This document shows positions 17,981 to 26,560 of a stretch of DNA of 51,725 nt, piece by piece; positions within the stretch are counted from its first letter, which is position 1, and each line of letters opens with the position of its first letter. Made by a program: the position numbers and the translations under genes. Source of the DNA: Candidatus Methanomethylicus oleisabuli (GTDB taxonomy: Archaea > Thermoproteota > Methanomethylicia > Methanomethylicales > Methanomethylicaceae); the NCBI GenBank assembly GCA_001717025.1, contig MAGU01000082.1, forward strand, positions 1 through 51,725, in the 5' to 3' direction. The notes beneath the pieces are model-generated. The model did no database searches. It was not told the DNA's origin and was given only the letters and a program-made list of their open reading frames with translations.

Positions 17981-19450
17981 CTATAGCCACCTTGTGATTA
18001 CCGTCTTGCTCTGCGTGTAGAAGTTGACAATGTCCTGCGCCTGCGCGTGGAGGTCGCCATACATCGAGTTCTTCCAGCCTGAGAACGGGAAGAAGAAGAC
18101 CGGCGCCGGGACACCGATGTTGATGCCCACGTTGCCCGCCTCGATCCTGTAGGTGAACTCCCTCGCGCTCTTGCCGTTGCTCGTGAATATGGCTGCGGCG
18201 TTGCCGAACTGCGAGGTGTTAGCCAACGCTATGGCCTCATCCAAGCTCTTAGCCTTCATCATGCACACGACAGGGCCGAAGATCTCCTCCTTGAAGATCC
18301 TCATGCTCGGATTGACATTCTCGAAGACGGTCGGACCAACGAAGTAGCCGTTGGAGTACTTCTCGGGCTTCTTGTTCCTGCCGTCGAGCGCCAGCGTCGC
18401 GCCCTCCTTCAAGCCAATCTCGATGTAACTCATGACCTGGTCATAAATTGCCTTGTTCGAGAGCGGACCCATCTGCGCGTCAGGGTCCATGCCGTATCCC
18501 ATCTTGAGCTTCTTGACCCCATCGATATACTTCCTCTTCAGCTCATCGTAGATGTCGCCGACGGCTACGAAGATCTCGCCGGCTAGGCACCTCTGCCCCG
18601 CGCAGCCGCACGCCGATGTTATCAGCGCCGAGACCGTCGCGTCTAAGTTAGCGTCCGGCATGATCACAATGAAGTTCTTGGCCTGCCCCTGGCACGATGC
18701 CCTCTTGTTGGTCTGAGCGGCCTTCGTATATATCGACGAAGCGACCTCCGACGACCCCACGAATGAGACCGCCTTCACGTCCTTGCTGAAGAGCAGGGCG
18801 TCGGTTGCATCCCTGCCGCCATAAACCATGTTCACGACGCCTGGAGGTATGCCCGCCTCCTCGCACGCCTCTATTATTGCCTTGGCCGTGAGCGGGACCG
18901 AGCTCGCCGGCTTCAGTATGAATGTGTTCCCGCATGCAATAGCATTCGGAAGGAACCAGAGCGGTATCATCGCAGGGAAGTTGTACGGCGTTAGACCAAC
19001 GCACACGCCCAGGGGCTCCCTCACGAACGCCTCGTCGATGCCCTTAGCCACATCCTCTTCAACGTCGCCCATCATGTGGGTCGTTATGTTTGTCGAGTAC
19101 TCTATGGACTCTATGCCCCTCTTGACGTCTCCCCTAGCCTCGTCGAGGGTCTTGCCATGCTCCTTCACTACCGTCTGCGCTATATCCTCGAAGTGCTCGA
19201 CCATGATGTTCCTGAACTCGAACATGTAGCTTGCCCGCACAGCTGGTGGGGTGCAGCGCCACTCCCAGAATGCATCTTTGGCTGCCTTGATTGCCACCTC
19301 GACCTCGTCCTTCGTCGTCCTTGGGACCTTTGCCAGCGGCTCAAGGGTTGCTGGGTTGATGACATCCTGCAGCTGCGTGCTGCTGGACTCGACCCACTCG
19401 CCATTGATGTAGTTTTTCAGAACGTCAACCATGTTTTTTATTTCCTCCAT
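17981..19450 (-). CDS. mmsA: CoA-acylating (methyl)malonate-semialdehyde dehydrogenase
   Basis: P.NFPAMIPLW, GNTF..KP, SFVGS, AKN...MPDA, G.AGQRCLA, EEIFGPV, GIN.G.P.P..FF.FSGWK.S..GD. Confidence 0.9.
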   Translation of the reverse strand: MEEIKNMVDVLKNYINGEWVESSSTQLQDVINPATLEPLAKVPRTTKDEVEVAIKAAKDAFWEWRCTPPAVRASYMFEFRNIMVEHFEDIAQTVVKEHGKTLDEARGDVKRGIESIEYSTNITTHMMGDVEEDVAKGIDEAFVREPLGVCVGLTPYNFPAMIPLWFLPNAIACGNTFILKPASSVPLTAKAIIEACEEAGIPPGVVNMVYGGRDATDALLFSKDVKAVSFVGSSEVASSIYTKAAQTNKRASCQGQAKNFIVIMPDANLDATVSALITSACGCAGQRCLAGEIFVAVGDIYDELKRKYIDGVKKLKMGYGMDPDAQMGPLSNKAIYDQVMSYIEIGLKEGATLALDGRNKKPEKYSNGYFVGPTVFENVNPSMRIFKEEIFGPVVCMMKAKSLDEAIALANTSQFGNAAAIFTSNGKSAREFTYRIEAGNVGINIGVPAPVFFFPFSGWKNSMYGDLHAQAQDIVNFYTQSKTVITRWL

Positions 19451-19633
19451 GCTGATGAGATGTAACGTCTCTTGGTTTAGACGCAGTAGGTTTATGTGAT
19501 ATTTTTACCATCTTATTTAAACTTTCGTCATATTGTAATCAATCTATAATTCCAAAGAGCGCGGGTCATAGATCTGTATTATGAATCGAGCATTTTTTTA
19601 AGGGCTCTTGAATATTATATCTGGTGATGCTCC

Positions 19634-20056
19634 TTGAAGGCAATGCGCGCAGATAACTACCTCATCTTGCGCCTCGACCAGGGCGACGAGGTCATATCCT
19701 CGCTAGCCGAGGCTGTAAAGGTCGAGGGCATCCGCTCGGCCGCCATCCTCTCCTTCGTGGGCGCGATAATGGGCTGTCGCCTCATACTCAGGAAGGGGCT
19801 AGAGAAGGAGATACCCACCCACGTCGAGGCGGTAGGGAACGGGAACATATCCTACTTCAGGGGGTCGCCGATGATCCACCTGCATGTCTCTGTCGGCAGC
19901 GATGCCGGTACCTGGGTCGGGCACCTGCTGAGGGGGGTCACTGACGTCTTCTGTGAGGTAGTGCTCGCCGAGATCCCCGCGGAGATGGTCCGCAGCTACA
20001 GCGAGGAGCTCGCGTCCTCCGGCGTGACCGTGCCCTACGTCCTAGACATCGGGTGA
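19634..20056 (+). CDS. PPC/DUF296 (AF0104-like) domain protein
   Basis: RLD.G.E, GNIS, HLH, GHL metal-binding pattern. Confidence 0.85.
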   Translation: MKAMRADNYLILRLDQGDEVISSLAEAVKVEGIRSAAILSFVGAIMGCRLILRKGLEKEIPTHVEAVGNGNISYFRGSPMIHLHVSVGSDAGTWVGHLLRGVTDVFCEVVLAEIPAEMVRSYSEELASSGVTVPYVLDIG

Positions 20057-20066
20057 GGCGGCAAGA

Positions 20067-20519
20067 ATGCCTGTATACTCCGACTGCGATATTGTTGCAG
20101 CGATCGCGTCAGGAGCGATCTCCATCTCCCCATTCGCCGAGCAGTCACTCTCGTCATCAGGCTACGACCTCCGGTCTGCGGTCGAGGTGATGATGCCGCC
20201 GGGCGGGAGCGCCCTCATCCACAGCGTCGAGCGGGTCGGGCTCTCGCCATCCCTCTGCGCCCAGATCTTCATAAGGTCCTCCTTTGCAAGGGAGGGGATC
20301 GTCGGCAGCTTCGCGCTCGTCGACCCTGGCTTCAATGGGCAGCTCACCCTACGCGTAGCTAACCTCGGCGCCAGCACCGTCAGGATAGGGGAGGGCGAGC
20401 GGGTCGCGCAGCTTGTCTTCTACAGGCTCCAGACGCCGTCGAGTAGGCCGTATGCCGGCAGGTACCAGGATAGCTCTGGCACCGTCGGCAGCCGCCGTAA
20501 TTTTGCATCAGATATGTAA
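20067..20519 (+). CDS. Trimeric dUTPase (Dcd-like, deaminase Glu absent)
   Basis: GYDLR, RSS.AREG, VDPGF.G.LTL, GER..QL.F, Y.G.YQ; 150 aa. Confidence 0.8.
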   Translation: MPVYSDCDIVAAIASGAISISPFAEQSLSSSGYDLRSAVEVMMPPGGSALIHSVERVGLSPSLCAQIFIRSSFAREGIVGSFALVDPGFNGQLTLRVANLGASTVRIGEGERVAQLVFYRLQTPSSRPYAGRYQDSSGTVGSRRNFASDM

Positions 20520-20571
20520 AAAATAAATACGCCATCATACTAAACTGATATAGGTATTGGAGCGATGACAT

Positions 20572-21309
20572 TTGAGTGATGGCACAAGATACGAGTCTCT
20601 AAGGACGCAGATCAGGGCTGTCGAGTTCTTGCGCCTCACCAAGAGCGACTGCAGCTACCAAGAGCTGATGCAGCTGACCGGCATCCCTATCACCGTGCTC
20701 AACAGGTACGTCAAAGGGCACATACTGCCCAACCCGGAGCGCGCGCAGGCGATCCTTGAGAAGCTCGAGAAGGGCTACGACGTCACGCGGCACATCATGG
20801 ACAAGCTGGCGTTTGACAGGGGCGGGTTCCTCGACAACACCAAGATCGTTGGGGATACCCTCCTGCTTAGGTTCATAGCAAACCACGTCGTCCAGAAGCT
20901 TGCCGGCAGGAGGGTGAGCAAGGCACTCACGGTCGCCGTAGATGGCATCCCCCTTGCCGTCCACATAGCCGACTCGTTCGGCGTGCCATTCCTGTACGCC
21001 AAGAAGGAGAAGGAGATCGGCGTCTCCAACTTCCTAGAGGAGACATACACCGTCTCGAGGGCCGGCATACAGGTCTCGCTTTACATCCCCCGTGGCTTAC
21101 TTGACAAGAGGGACAGCGTCCTCATAACTGACGACGTCGTCCGGTCTGGCGAGCAGCTCAAGGCGTTGGTAAACTTGGTGAGGAAGAGCGGTGCCGAGAT
21201 CTCGGCGATCTTCGTCCTCATAGCCGTCGGAGACCGGTGGAAGAAGGAGATCGATGACTCCTCCGACTTTCCGATCTTCTCTATCGTGACGCTACCTGAA
21301 AAGGACTGA
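20572..21309 (+). CDS. HTH + phosphoribosyltransferase domain protein (PurR-like regulator)
   Basis: N-terminal SYQEL..LTG.P.TVL.RYV.G..LP; PRPP loop VLITDDVVRSG. Confidence 0.85.
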   Translation: MSDGTRYESLRTQIRAVEFLRLTKSDCSYQELMQLTGIPITVLNRYVKGHILPNPERAQAILEKLEKGYDVTRHIMDKLAFDRGGFLDNTKIVGDTLLLRFIANHVVQKLAGRRVSKALTVAVDGIPLAVHIADSFGVPFLYAKKEKEIGVSNFLEETYTVSRAGIQVSLYIPRGLLDKRDSVLITDDVVRSGEQLKALVNLVRKSGAEISAIFVLIAVGDRWKKEIDDSSDFPIFSIVTLPEKD

Positions 21310-22314
21310 CAGGTCGTACGGAGGGGTGAAGACCCCCTTCTCAGTTATTATCGCAGATACCAGTTCGCTAGGCGTCAGGTCGAAAGCAGGGTTCAGCGCC
21401 TCTGTCCCAGCTGGCGCTATCAACGCTCCGCCCATGTGCGTCACCTCTTCGGGGGCGCGCTCCTCGATCGTTATGTCAGCCGCGTCGGCTTCCAGGTCGA
21501 CCGTCGAGAGCGGGGCGGCGACGTAGAATGGGATGCCGTAACGCCTCGCTATTATGGCATGCCCGCACGTCCCCACCTTGTTGACCACGTCGCCACGCCT
21601 TGTTATCCTGTCCGCTCCTACCACAACCTTCTTCACGAGCCCCCTCTGCATCACCGACGCTGACATGCTATCCGTTATTAGCCTGAAAGGTATGCCCTCG
21701 CTCTTCAGCTCAAATGCCGTTAGCCTCGCCCCCTGAAGTAGCGGCCTGGTCTCGCAGGCGTACACTAGCACCCCCTTGCCGGACTGCACTGCGCTGCGTA
21801 TCACGCCGAGCGCCGTCCCGTGCTCTACGCAGGCGAGTGCCCCGGCGTTGCAGTGCGTCATTACCCCATCCCCATCTTCAATGAGCGCCGCCCCGTAGCC
21901 TCCGATAGCCCTGCACCTCGCGACGTCATCCTCGGCTATCCTCCTCGCCTCCCTGACGAGCGCCTCCCTGATCGCTGCTGTGCCGCCTCCAGCCTCCTGC
22001 TCCCAGACCCCCCTCATCATCTCAAGCCCCCAGAAGAGGTTCCTCGCGGTTGGGCGCGTCCTACCTATTCGCTCTGCTGCCCGCTCAAGGTCTGCAACAA
22101 GCCCCCCCACGGTATCCGCGGTGCTGCTTCTGCCCGCCAGCGCTATCCCCATGGCTGCCGCTACTCCAAGTGCAGGGGCGCCCCTTATCTCCATGGTCTC
22201 TATCGCCCTCGCCAGCCTCTCGTAGTCGCCGCAGCTCACCATCCTGACCTCGGCCGGAAGCCTGGTCTGGTCTATTATTTCGACACGCCCGTCCTTCCAC
22301 TCAATCGTTCTCAT
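21292..22314 (-). CDS. mtnA: Methylthioribose-1-phosphate isomerase (eIF2B-like)
   Basis: IDQT.LP, IRGAPA.G, RPTA.NL, THCNAGALA, ETRP.LQGARLTA.EL, VGADR, NK.GT, NPAFD.TP. Confidence 0.93.
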   Translation of the reverse strand: MRTIEWKDGRVEIIDQTRLPAEVRMVSCGDYERLARAIETMEIRGAPALGVAAAMGIALAGRSSTADTVGGLVADLERAAERIGRTRPTARNLFWGLEMMRGVWEQEAGGGTAAIREALVREARRIAEDDVARCRAIGGYGAALIEDGDGVMTHCNAGALACVEHGTALGVIRSAVQSGKGVLVYACETRPLLQGARLTAFELKSEGIPFRLITDSMSASVMQRGLVKKVVVGADRITRRGDVVNKVGTCGHAIIARRYGIPFYVAAPLSTVDLEADAADITIEERAPEEVTHMGGALIAPAGTEALNPAFDLTPSELVSAIITEKGVFTPPYDLSVLFR

Positions 22315-22801
22315 GGCAGGTGCACCTTATTGCATTGGAGACCTCTTCTGACATCGCACTAATACCCCTTGCGACTGGCCTGCTGATGCCCCGGCCGAAC
22401 TCTGTAGTCTTTGGCTGTATGCCCGCCAGCGCTATCCGCACGCCCGGGATGCCTTCCCTAAGAACCATGAACAGGACCTTGACTGACTGCTTATGGGTCG
22501 AGAACGACTGCACGATCAGCTCGTCCTCCGCTATCATGGCGCGGCTCCCCGGCTCAGCCCCCATCTCCACGGCGTCGAAGAAGACCAGATGCGTCGGCTG
22601 GAACCTCTTCATATCGAGCGAGTAGTTCTCAGGCACCGTTCCACAGTCGAGCATGCCAACCGAGGGAGGGACCGCCCCCCTGAGCCTAGAGATCACGGCT
22701 AGGCCTGCGGCATCATCGCGCCTGATCCTGCTGCCGATCCCCACGAGCATCAGGCGGCGCCATCCTGTGAGGAACTTGGTCAGATCCTCTTCGAAGGGCA
22801 T
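22301..22801 (-). CDS. hycI: Hydrogenase maturation endopeptidase (HycI family)
   Basis: GIG...R.DD.AG, GTVPENY, DA...G.EPG, STH, GIQP. Confidence 0.85.
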   Translation of the reverse strand: MPFEEDLTKFLTGWRRLMLVGIGSRIRRDDAAGLAVISRLRGAVPPSVGMLDCGTVPENYSLDMKRFQPTHLVFFDAVEMGAEPGSRAMIAEDELIVQSFSTHKQSVKVLFMVLREGIPGVRIALAGIQPKTTEFGRGISRPVARGISAMSEEVSNAIRCTCHEND

Positions 22802-22831
22802 ATTATTAACCAGCCCCAAACTAAGAGATAA

Positions 22832-23371
22832 ATGTTGGTCGTCATGTCCGAGGATACCCCGAAGGCGCTTCTTTCAGGTCGGTCCGCAAGAATGAGCGGT
22901 CCCGACGCCGACAGGACCCACCAGCAGGGCACCTTCGGCGAGATGGAGAGGGGGGTCCTGACGCTCTCGGACGTCGAGATAATGTACCTGCTCGAGAAGG
23001 ACAAGATAATGCTCATCGACCGCGACGGGAAGGCCCTCTCTATGGAGGACTTTTTGAGGCTGGCGACAGAAGAGGACCCGGACCTCTGGATGCGCTACCT
23101 GCTCTACTCCGACCTCAGGAAGAGGGGATACGTCGTCAAGCCGGGTTTCGGCCCCAAGCTGGAGTACCGTGTCTACAGGCGCGGCGCCGCGATGGGAACT
23201 GAGCCCGCCAAGTACCTCGTGTACGGGCTCGTCGAGGGGAAACCGGTCGCTATCAGCGAGATCGCAGCAGTCTCCTCCTCTGCAAAGCTCTCGAAGAAGG
23301 AGCTGATATTCGCCGTAACTGACAGACAGGGTGAAATTACCTACTATGACGCCTCGGAGATCGACTTCTAG
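22832..23371 (+). CDS. endA: tRNA splicing endonuclease subunit (probably structural/beta)
   Basis: L.LS..E..YL, Y.DLR.RGY.VK.G, C-terminal D..G.ITYY. The catalytic His position reads Pro (TEPAKY). Confidence 0.88.
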   Translation: MLVVMSEDTPKALLSGRSARMSGPDADRTHQQGTFGEMERGVLTLSDVEIMYLLEKDKIMLIDRDGKALSMEDFLRLATEEDPDLWMRYLLYSDLRKRGYVVKPGFGPKLEYRVYRRGAAMGTEPAKYLVYGLVEGKPVAISEIAAVSSSAKLSKKELIFAVTDRQGEITYYDASEIDF

Positions 23372-24212
23372 GGCCGGGGCAGCCGTTAGGATGATGCGCC
23401 CTGTCAACTGTTCCATGATGGGCGCGGCCGTCATAGTCAGCGAGATCGCCATACTGGGCGCCATCCCCTCGCATGCCCAGATGGTTCTGGGCTTCGCCGT
23501 CGGCTTCCTGCTCACCGCATCCTCCATGATAATGAACGACATCGTGGACGTCGAGATCGACCGGATCAACGCCCCTGAGAGGCCACTGCCATCTGGTCTG
23601 CTCTCGCGGCGGCAGGCGATGTGGATGGCAGGCGCGACCGCGGTGCTCGGCATGTTGGCCGCCGTCCCCCTGTCTTACTATGCCCTTGCAGTGGCGGCGC
23701 TTACCTTCGCCTCATCATGCCTGTACAACACCCACGGTAAGCGGCACGGCATCTTGGGCAACTCGATGGTGGCATTCTGCGTGGCCATGCCTTTCCTCTT
23801 CGGCGGCCTCGTCGTCGTGGGATTCATCGACCTGCTTGTCGCCGTCTTCTTCCTTCTGGCATTCCTTGCCACCATCGGGCGGGAGGTGACAAAGGGCATC
23901 GCAGATATGGAAGGTGACCGTACGAAGAACATCAGTACCGTGGCGATCTCCAAGGGCGCACGCTTCGCCTCGAGGGTGGCTGCCCTCTTCTACATCCTGC
24001 CTGTCCTGTTGACACCGTTACCTTGCCTCTACGGCGCCATAGGGCTCGCATACGTGCCCGTTGTGGTCGCCGTGGATGCCGGTTTCTGCTACTCCGCAGT
24101 AAGCATACTGCGATCACAGGACAAGCAGAGCGCCCTCAGGGTAAAGACGCAGGCGCGGTACTGGATGCTACTCGCGCTGGTCGCGTTTCTCCTCGGCGGG
24201 CTCTTCCGCTGA
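23331..24212 (+). CDS. UbiA-family prenyltransferase, likely digeranylgeranylglyceryl-phosphate synthase
   Basis: RP.N, NDIVD.EID.IN.P.RPLPSG, YN...K, GN..VA, RE..K.I.D.EGD. The start is uncertain. Confidence 0.88.
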   Translation: MKLPTMTPRRSTSRAGAAVRMMRPVNCSMMGAAVIVSEIAILGAIPSHAQMVLGFAVGFLLTASSMIMNDIVDVEIDRINAPERPLPSGLLSRRQAMWMAGATAVLGMLAAVPLSYYALAVAALTFASSCLYNTHGKRHGILGNSMVAFCVAMPFLFGGLVVVGFIDLLVAVFFLLAFLATIGREVTKGIADMEGDRTKNISTVAISKGARFASRVAALFYILPVLLTPLPCLYGAIGLAYVPVVVAVDAGFCYSAVSILRSQDKQSALRVKTQARYWMLLALVAFLLGGLFR

Positions 24213-24272
24213 TGTAGATGGTGGGGCGCGCGGGCGTTTTACTGCCCGCCATCTCCGTGATAAATAATAATG

Positions 24273-25562
24273 CTACCGCACGAGGGACGGGACTCCCTGC
24301 AGGTCCGTGACGGTCTCCCGCTTCTCCGCCATCTTCCGTAGCTTGAACTTGCCCGACTTGACCTCCTCGGGCCCTACTATCAGCACGTAAGGTATGCCCT
24401 TCTTCTCGGCATACTCGAGCTGCCTGCCTAGCTTCCTCCCCATTATGTCCGGCTCCGCAGGAACCCCCATCCCGACGAGCTCCCTGCTGACCTTGATTGC
24501 ATCCTCCGCCGCCGACTCGTTCACGCTGGCGACGAAGACCACCGCGCCAGACCGCCTCGCCTCCGCCCTTATCCTGTCCATCAAGACCTCGTAAAGCCTC
24601 TCGACGCCGAGCGATATGCCCGTCGCAGGCGTGGGCGGCCCTCCCAGCCTCTCGACGAGCCCATCATACCTCCCGCCGCCGCCTATGCTGCCTATCTGGG
24701 CAGTCTTGGTCTTTATCTCGAAGACCGGGCCCGTGTAGTAGTCGAGACCGCGGACGAGGCTGAAGTCTATGCGCATCGTGCCGCCCAGCCCGAATGCGCC
24801 GGAGAGCGCCTCTATACTCTTGAGCTCCTCGACGCCTTTCATCGCCTCCTTCGAGGACGCAAGCTCCTGGGTGACGTAGTCGAGCGCCTCCCGCCCCCTG
24901 AAGTTCGTGAACTCGAGCACCTCCGCCACCTTCTCACCTGGCAGGCCCATCGCTGCCAGCTCTTGAGCGACCCCCTCCTCGCCGACCTTGTCTAACCTGT
25001 CCAGCGACCGGAAGACCTTCGCCTTGCCATCCGCTTCCATCCCAAGCCCCTCGACCATGCCGTCGAGTATCTTCCTGTCGTTGACCCTGACCTCGAAGTC
25101 GCCCAGCCCGAGCGCCCTTAGCGCATCCACAGCTGTCGAGACGCACTCCATGTCTGCCTCTATCCTTGGCGCGCCGACTATGTCTATGTCGGCCTGGACG
25201 AACTCCCTGAACCTCCCGCTCTGGGGCTCCTCGTAGCGCCAGACCTTGGCGATGTTGAACCTCTTAAAAGGCTTGGTCAGGTCGGGCGCGTTTGCGACGA
25301 CCCTTGCCAATGGCACCGTAAGGTCGAACCTGAGGCCAAGCCACCTCTCTCCCTTGTCCTGGAACCTGTAGATCTGCCTCTCCACCTCGTCCCCGCCCTT
25401 AGCCGCAAGGACCTCCCACAGCTCAATCGCTGGGGTGTCCATCTCCTCGAAGCCGTGCATCTCAAATGCGTTCCTGATCGTGTCTATGATGACCCTCCTG
25501 ACCCTCATCTCATCCGGGAGGAAGTCTCTGGTGCCTCTTGGCCTTCCGAACTTAGTTGTCAT
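24273..25562 (-). CDS. hisS: Histidyl-tRNA synthetase
   Basis: PRGTRDF.P, LRFDLTVP.AR, WRYE.PQ.GR.REF.Q.D.D, RGLDYYTG, GGGRYD.L, G.ERL. Confidence 0.97.
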   Translation of the reverse strand: MTTKFGRPRGTRDFLPDEMRVRRVIIDTIRNAFEMHGFEEMDTPAIELWEVLAAKGGDEVERQIYRFQDKGERWLGLRFDLTVPLARVVANAPDLTKPFKRFNIAKVWRYEEPQSGRFREFVQADIDIVGAPRIEADMECVSTAVDALRALGLGDFEVRVNDRKILDGMVEGLGMEADGKAKVFRSLDRLDKVGEEGVAQELAAMGLPGEKVAEVLEFTNFRGREALDYVTQELASSKEAMKGVEELKSIEALSGAFGLGGTMRIDFSLVRGLDYYTGPVFEIKTKTAQIGSIGGGGRYDGLVERLGGPPTPATGISLGVERLYEVLMDRIRAEARRSGAVVFVASVNESAAEDAIKVSRELVGMGVPAEPDIMGRKLGRQLEYAEKKGIPYVLIVGPEEVKSGKFKLRKMAEKRETVTDLQGVPSLVR

Positions 25563-25679
25563 CGCCTTCCCTCTTGGAGTAAGGTTCACCTGCAGCCTCT
25601 ATAAAAGCATCTCCCGGAGTCGCGCTGGAGGCATCCGTTAGGATTAAAAGGAAGCTTCGGTTCGAGGTTATTCGGTCGT

Positions 25680-25771
25680 GGGCCCATAGCTCAGTACGGT
25701 AGAGCAGCGGGCTTTTAAGAGGAATCGGAGATACCCGTTGGCCGCGGGTTCAAATCCCGTTGGGCCCGCCA
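25680..25771 (+). tRNA. tRNA-Lys(TTT) with a 15-nt intron at 37/38 (25718-25732), CCA encoded
   Basis: Acceptor GGGCCCA/TGGGCCC. BHB: CTTT/GGAG central helix, bulges TA^A and AT^A, GA-GGAA-TC outer helix. Confidence 0.95.
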
Positions 25772-26189
25772 CCAAACATTTTCGGTTCCTCTAGCATACC
25801 CATGGCATCATGCTCTATATGAATTGATTATTTACAGCATCATAGAAGAAAAAGCTGAAACGTTTTTTATTTAACAAACAACTCATTAGAATAATCAGCA
25901 CTACTTTACTTAATATGACGCTTATTTTTTATAGTTTTACTTACAAGAATATTATGCACTGATTTGTCAGACTGATTAACATGGTTCTTTGCATCTTCTA
26001 TGTTAGAATAGAGACGGCGCTTAAATTATCTCATATGGGTACGAGATATTATTCAACTCTACATGTCTAAGATGGTACCATCTCCTTTCTTTAAATTAGG
26101 CTGCCCCCCGCTCTTGGAATTGATACGCGATAGAACTCCGCTGAATTACAAAAACCAATTGCCTGGCAAAGAAATCAACAGTCGTCTCA

Positions 26190-26351
26190 TCAGCTTTGCA
26201 TTATTGCTTGAGAGACGGTGTTAAAGTCATCATCCCCATCTTTTAGGAATTTTTCAAATGTGACGTAATACCGTGCATCCATCCCCCAAAGCCTGTTATT
26301 TTTGCATATTTTCCAATTTTCTTCAGATGTAGAAATACACCAGTACCTCAT
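26190..26351 (-). pseudogene. Truncated EVE-domain (PUA-like) protein
   Basis: MRYWCISTSEENWKICKNNRLWG...LKDGD matches the EVE N-terminal pattern (YW...ENW......WG...GD). Similarity ends after about 40 aa and the ORF stops after aa 53. AT-rich context. Confidence 0.7.
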
Positions 26352-26560
26352 AATCCAAATTTATTATAATAACAAATATTTAAAATGATTATATAACATC
26401 ATTGTTTATAAAAATTCGCATAATACCTGCCGCATTGGATGCAGATGAATATGCAAATCTTATCTTTTCTGGCAGAGCTATGATGAGAGAACCTTAGCTG
26501 TATCTGCGACCGAAGCCCGCATCAAACACAAAACTGCTGGTATACTGTAAAGACTCCCGT

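Noticed and set aside
22874-23653. 259-aa minus-strand ORF
   Set aside because: Opposite endA and the UbiA gene, with no independent signals.
26480-26515. C/D box sRNA (ATGATGA at 26480)
   Set aside because: No CTGA D box at a suitable distance and no D'/C' pair.
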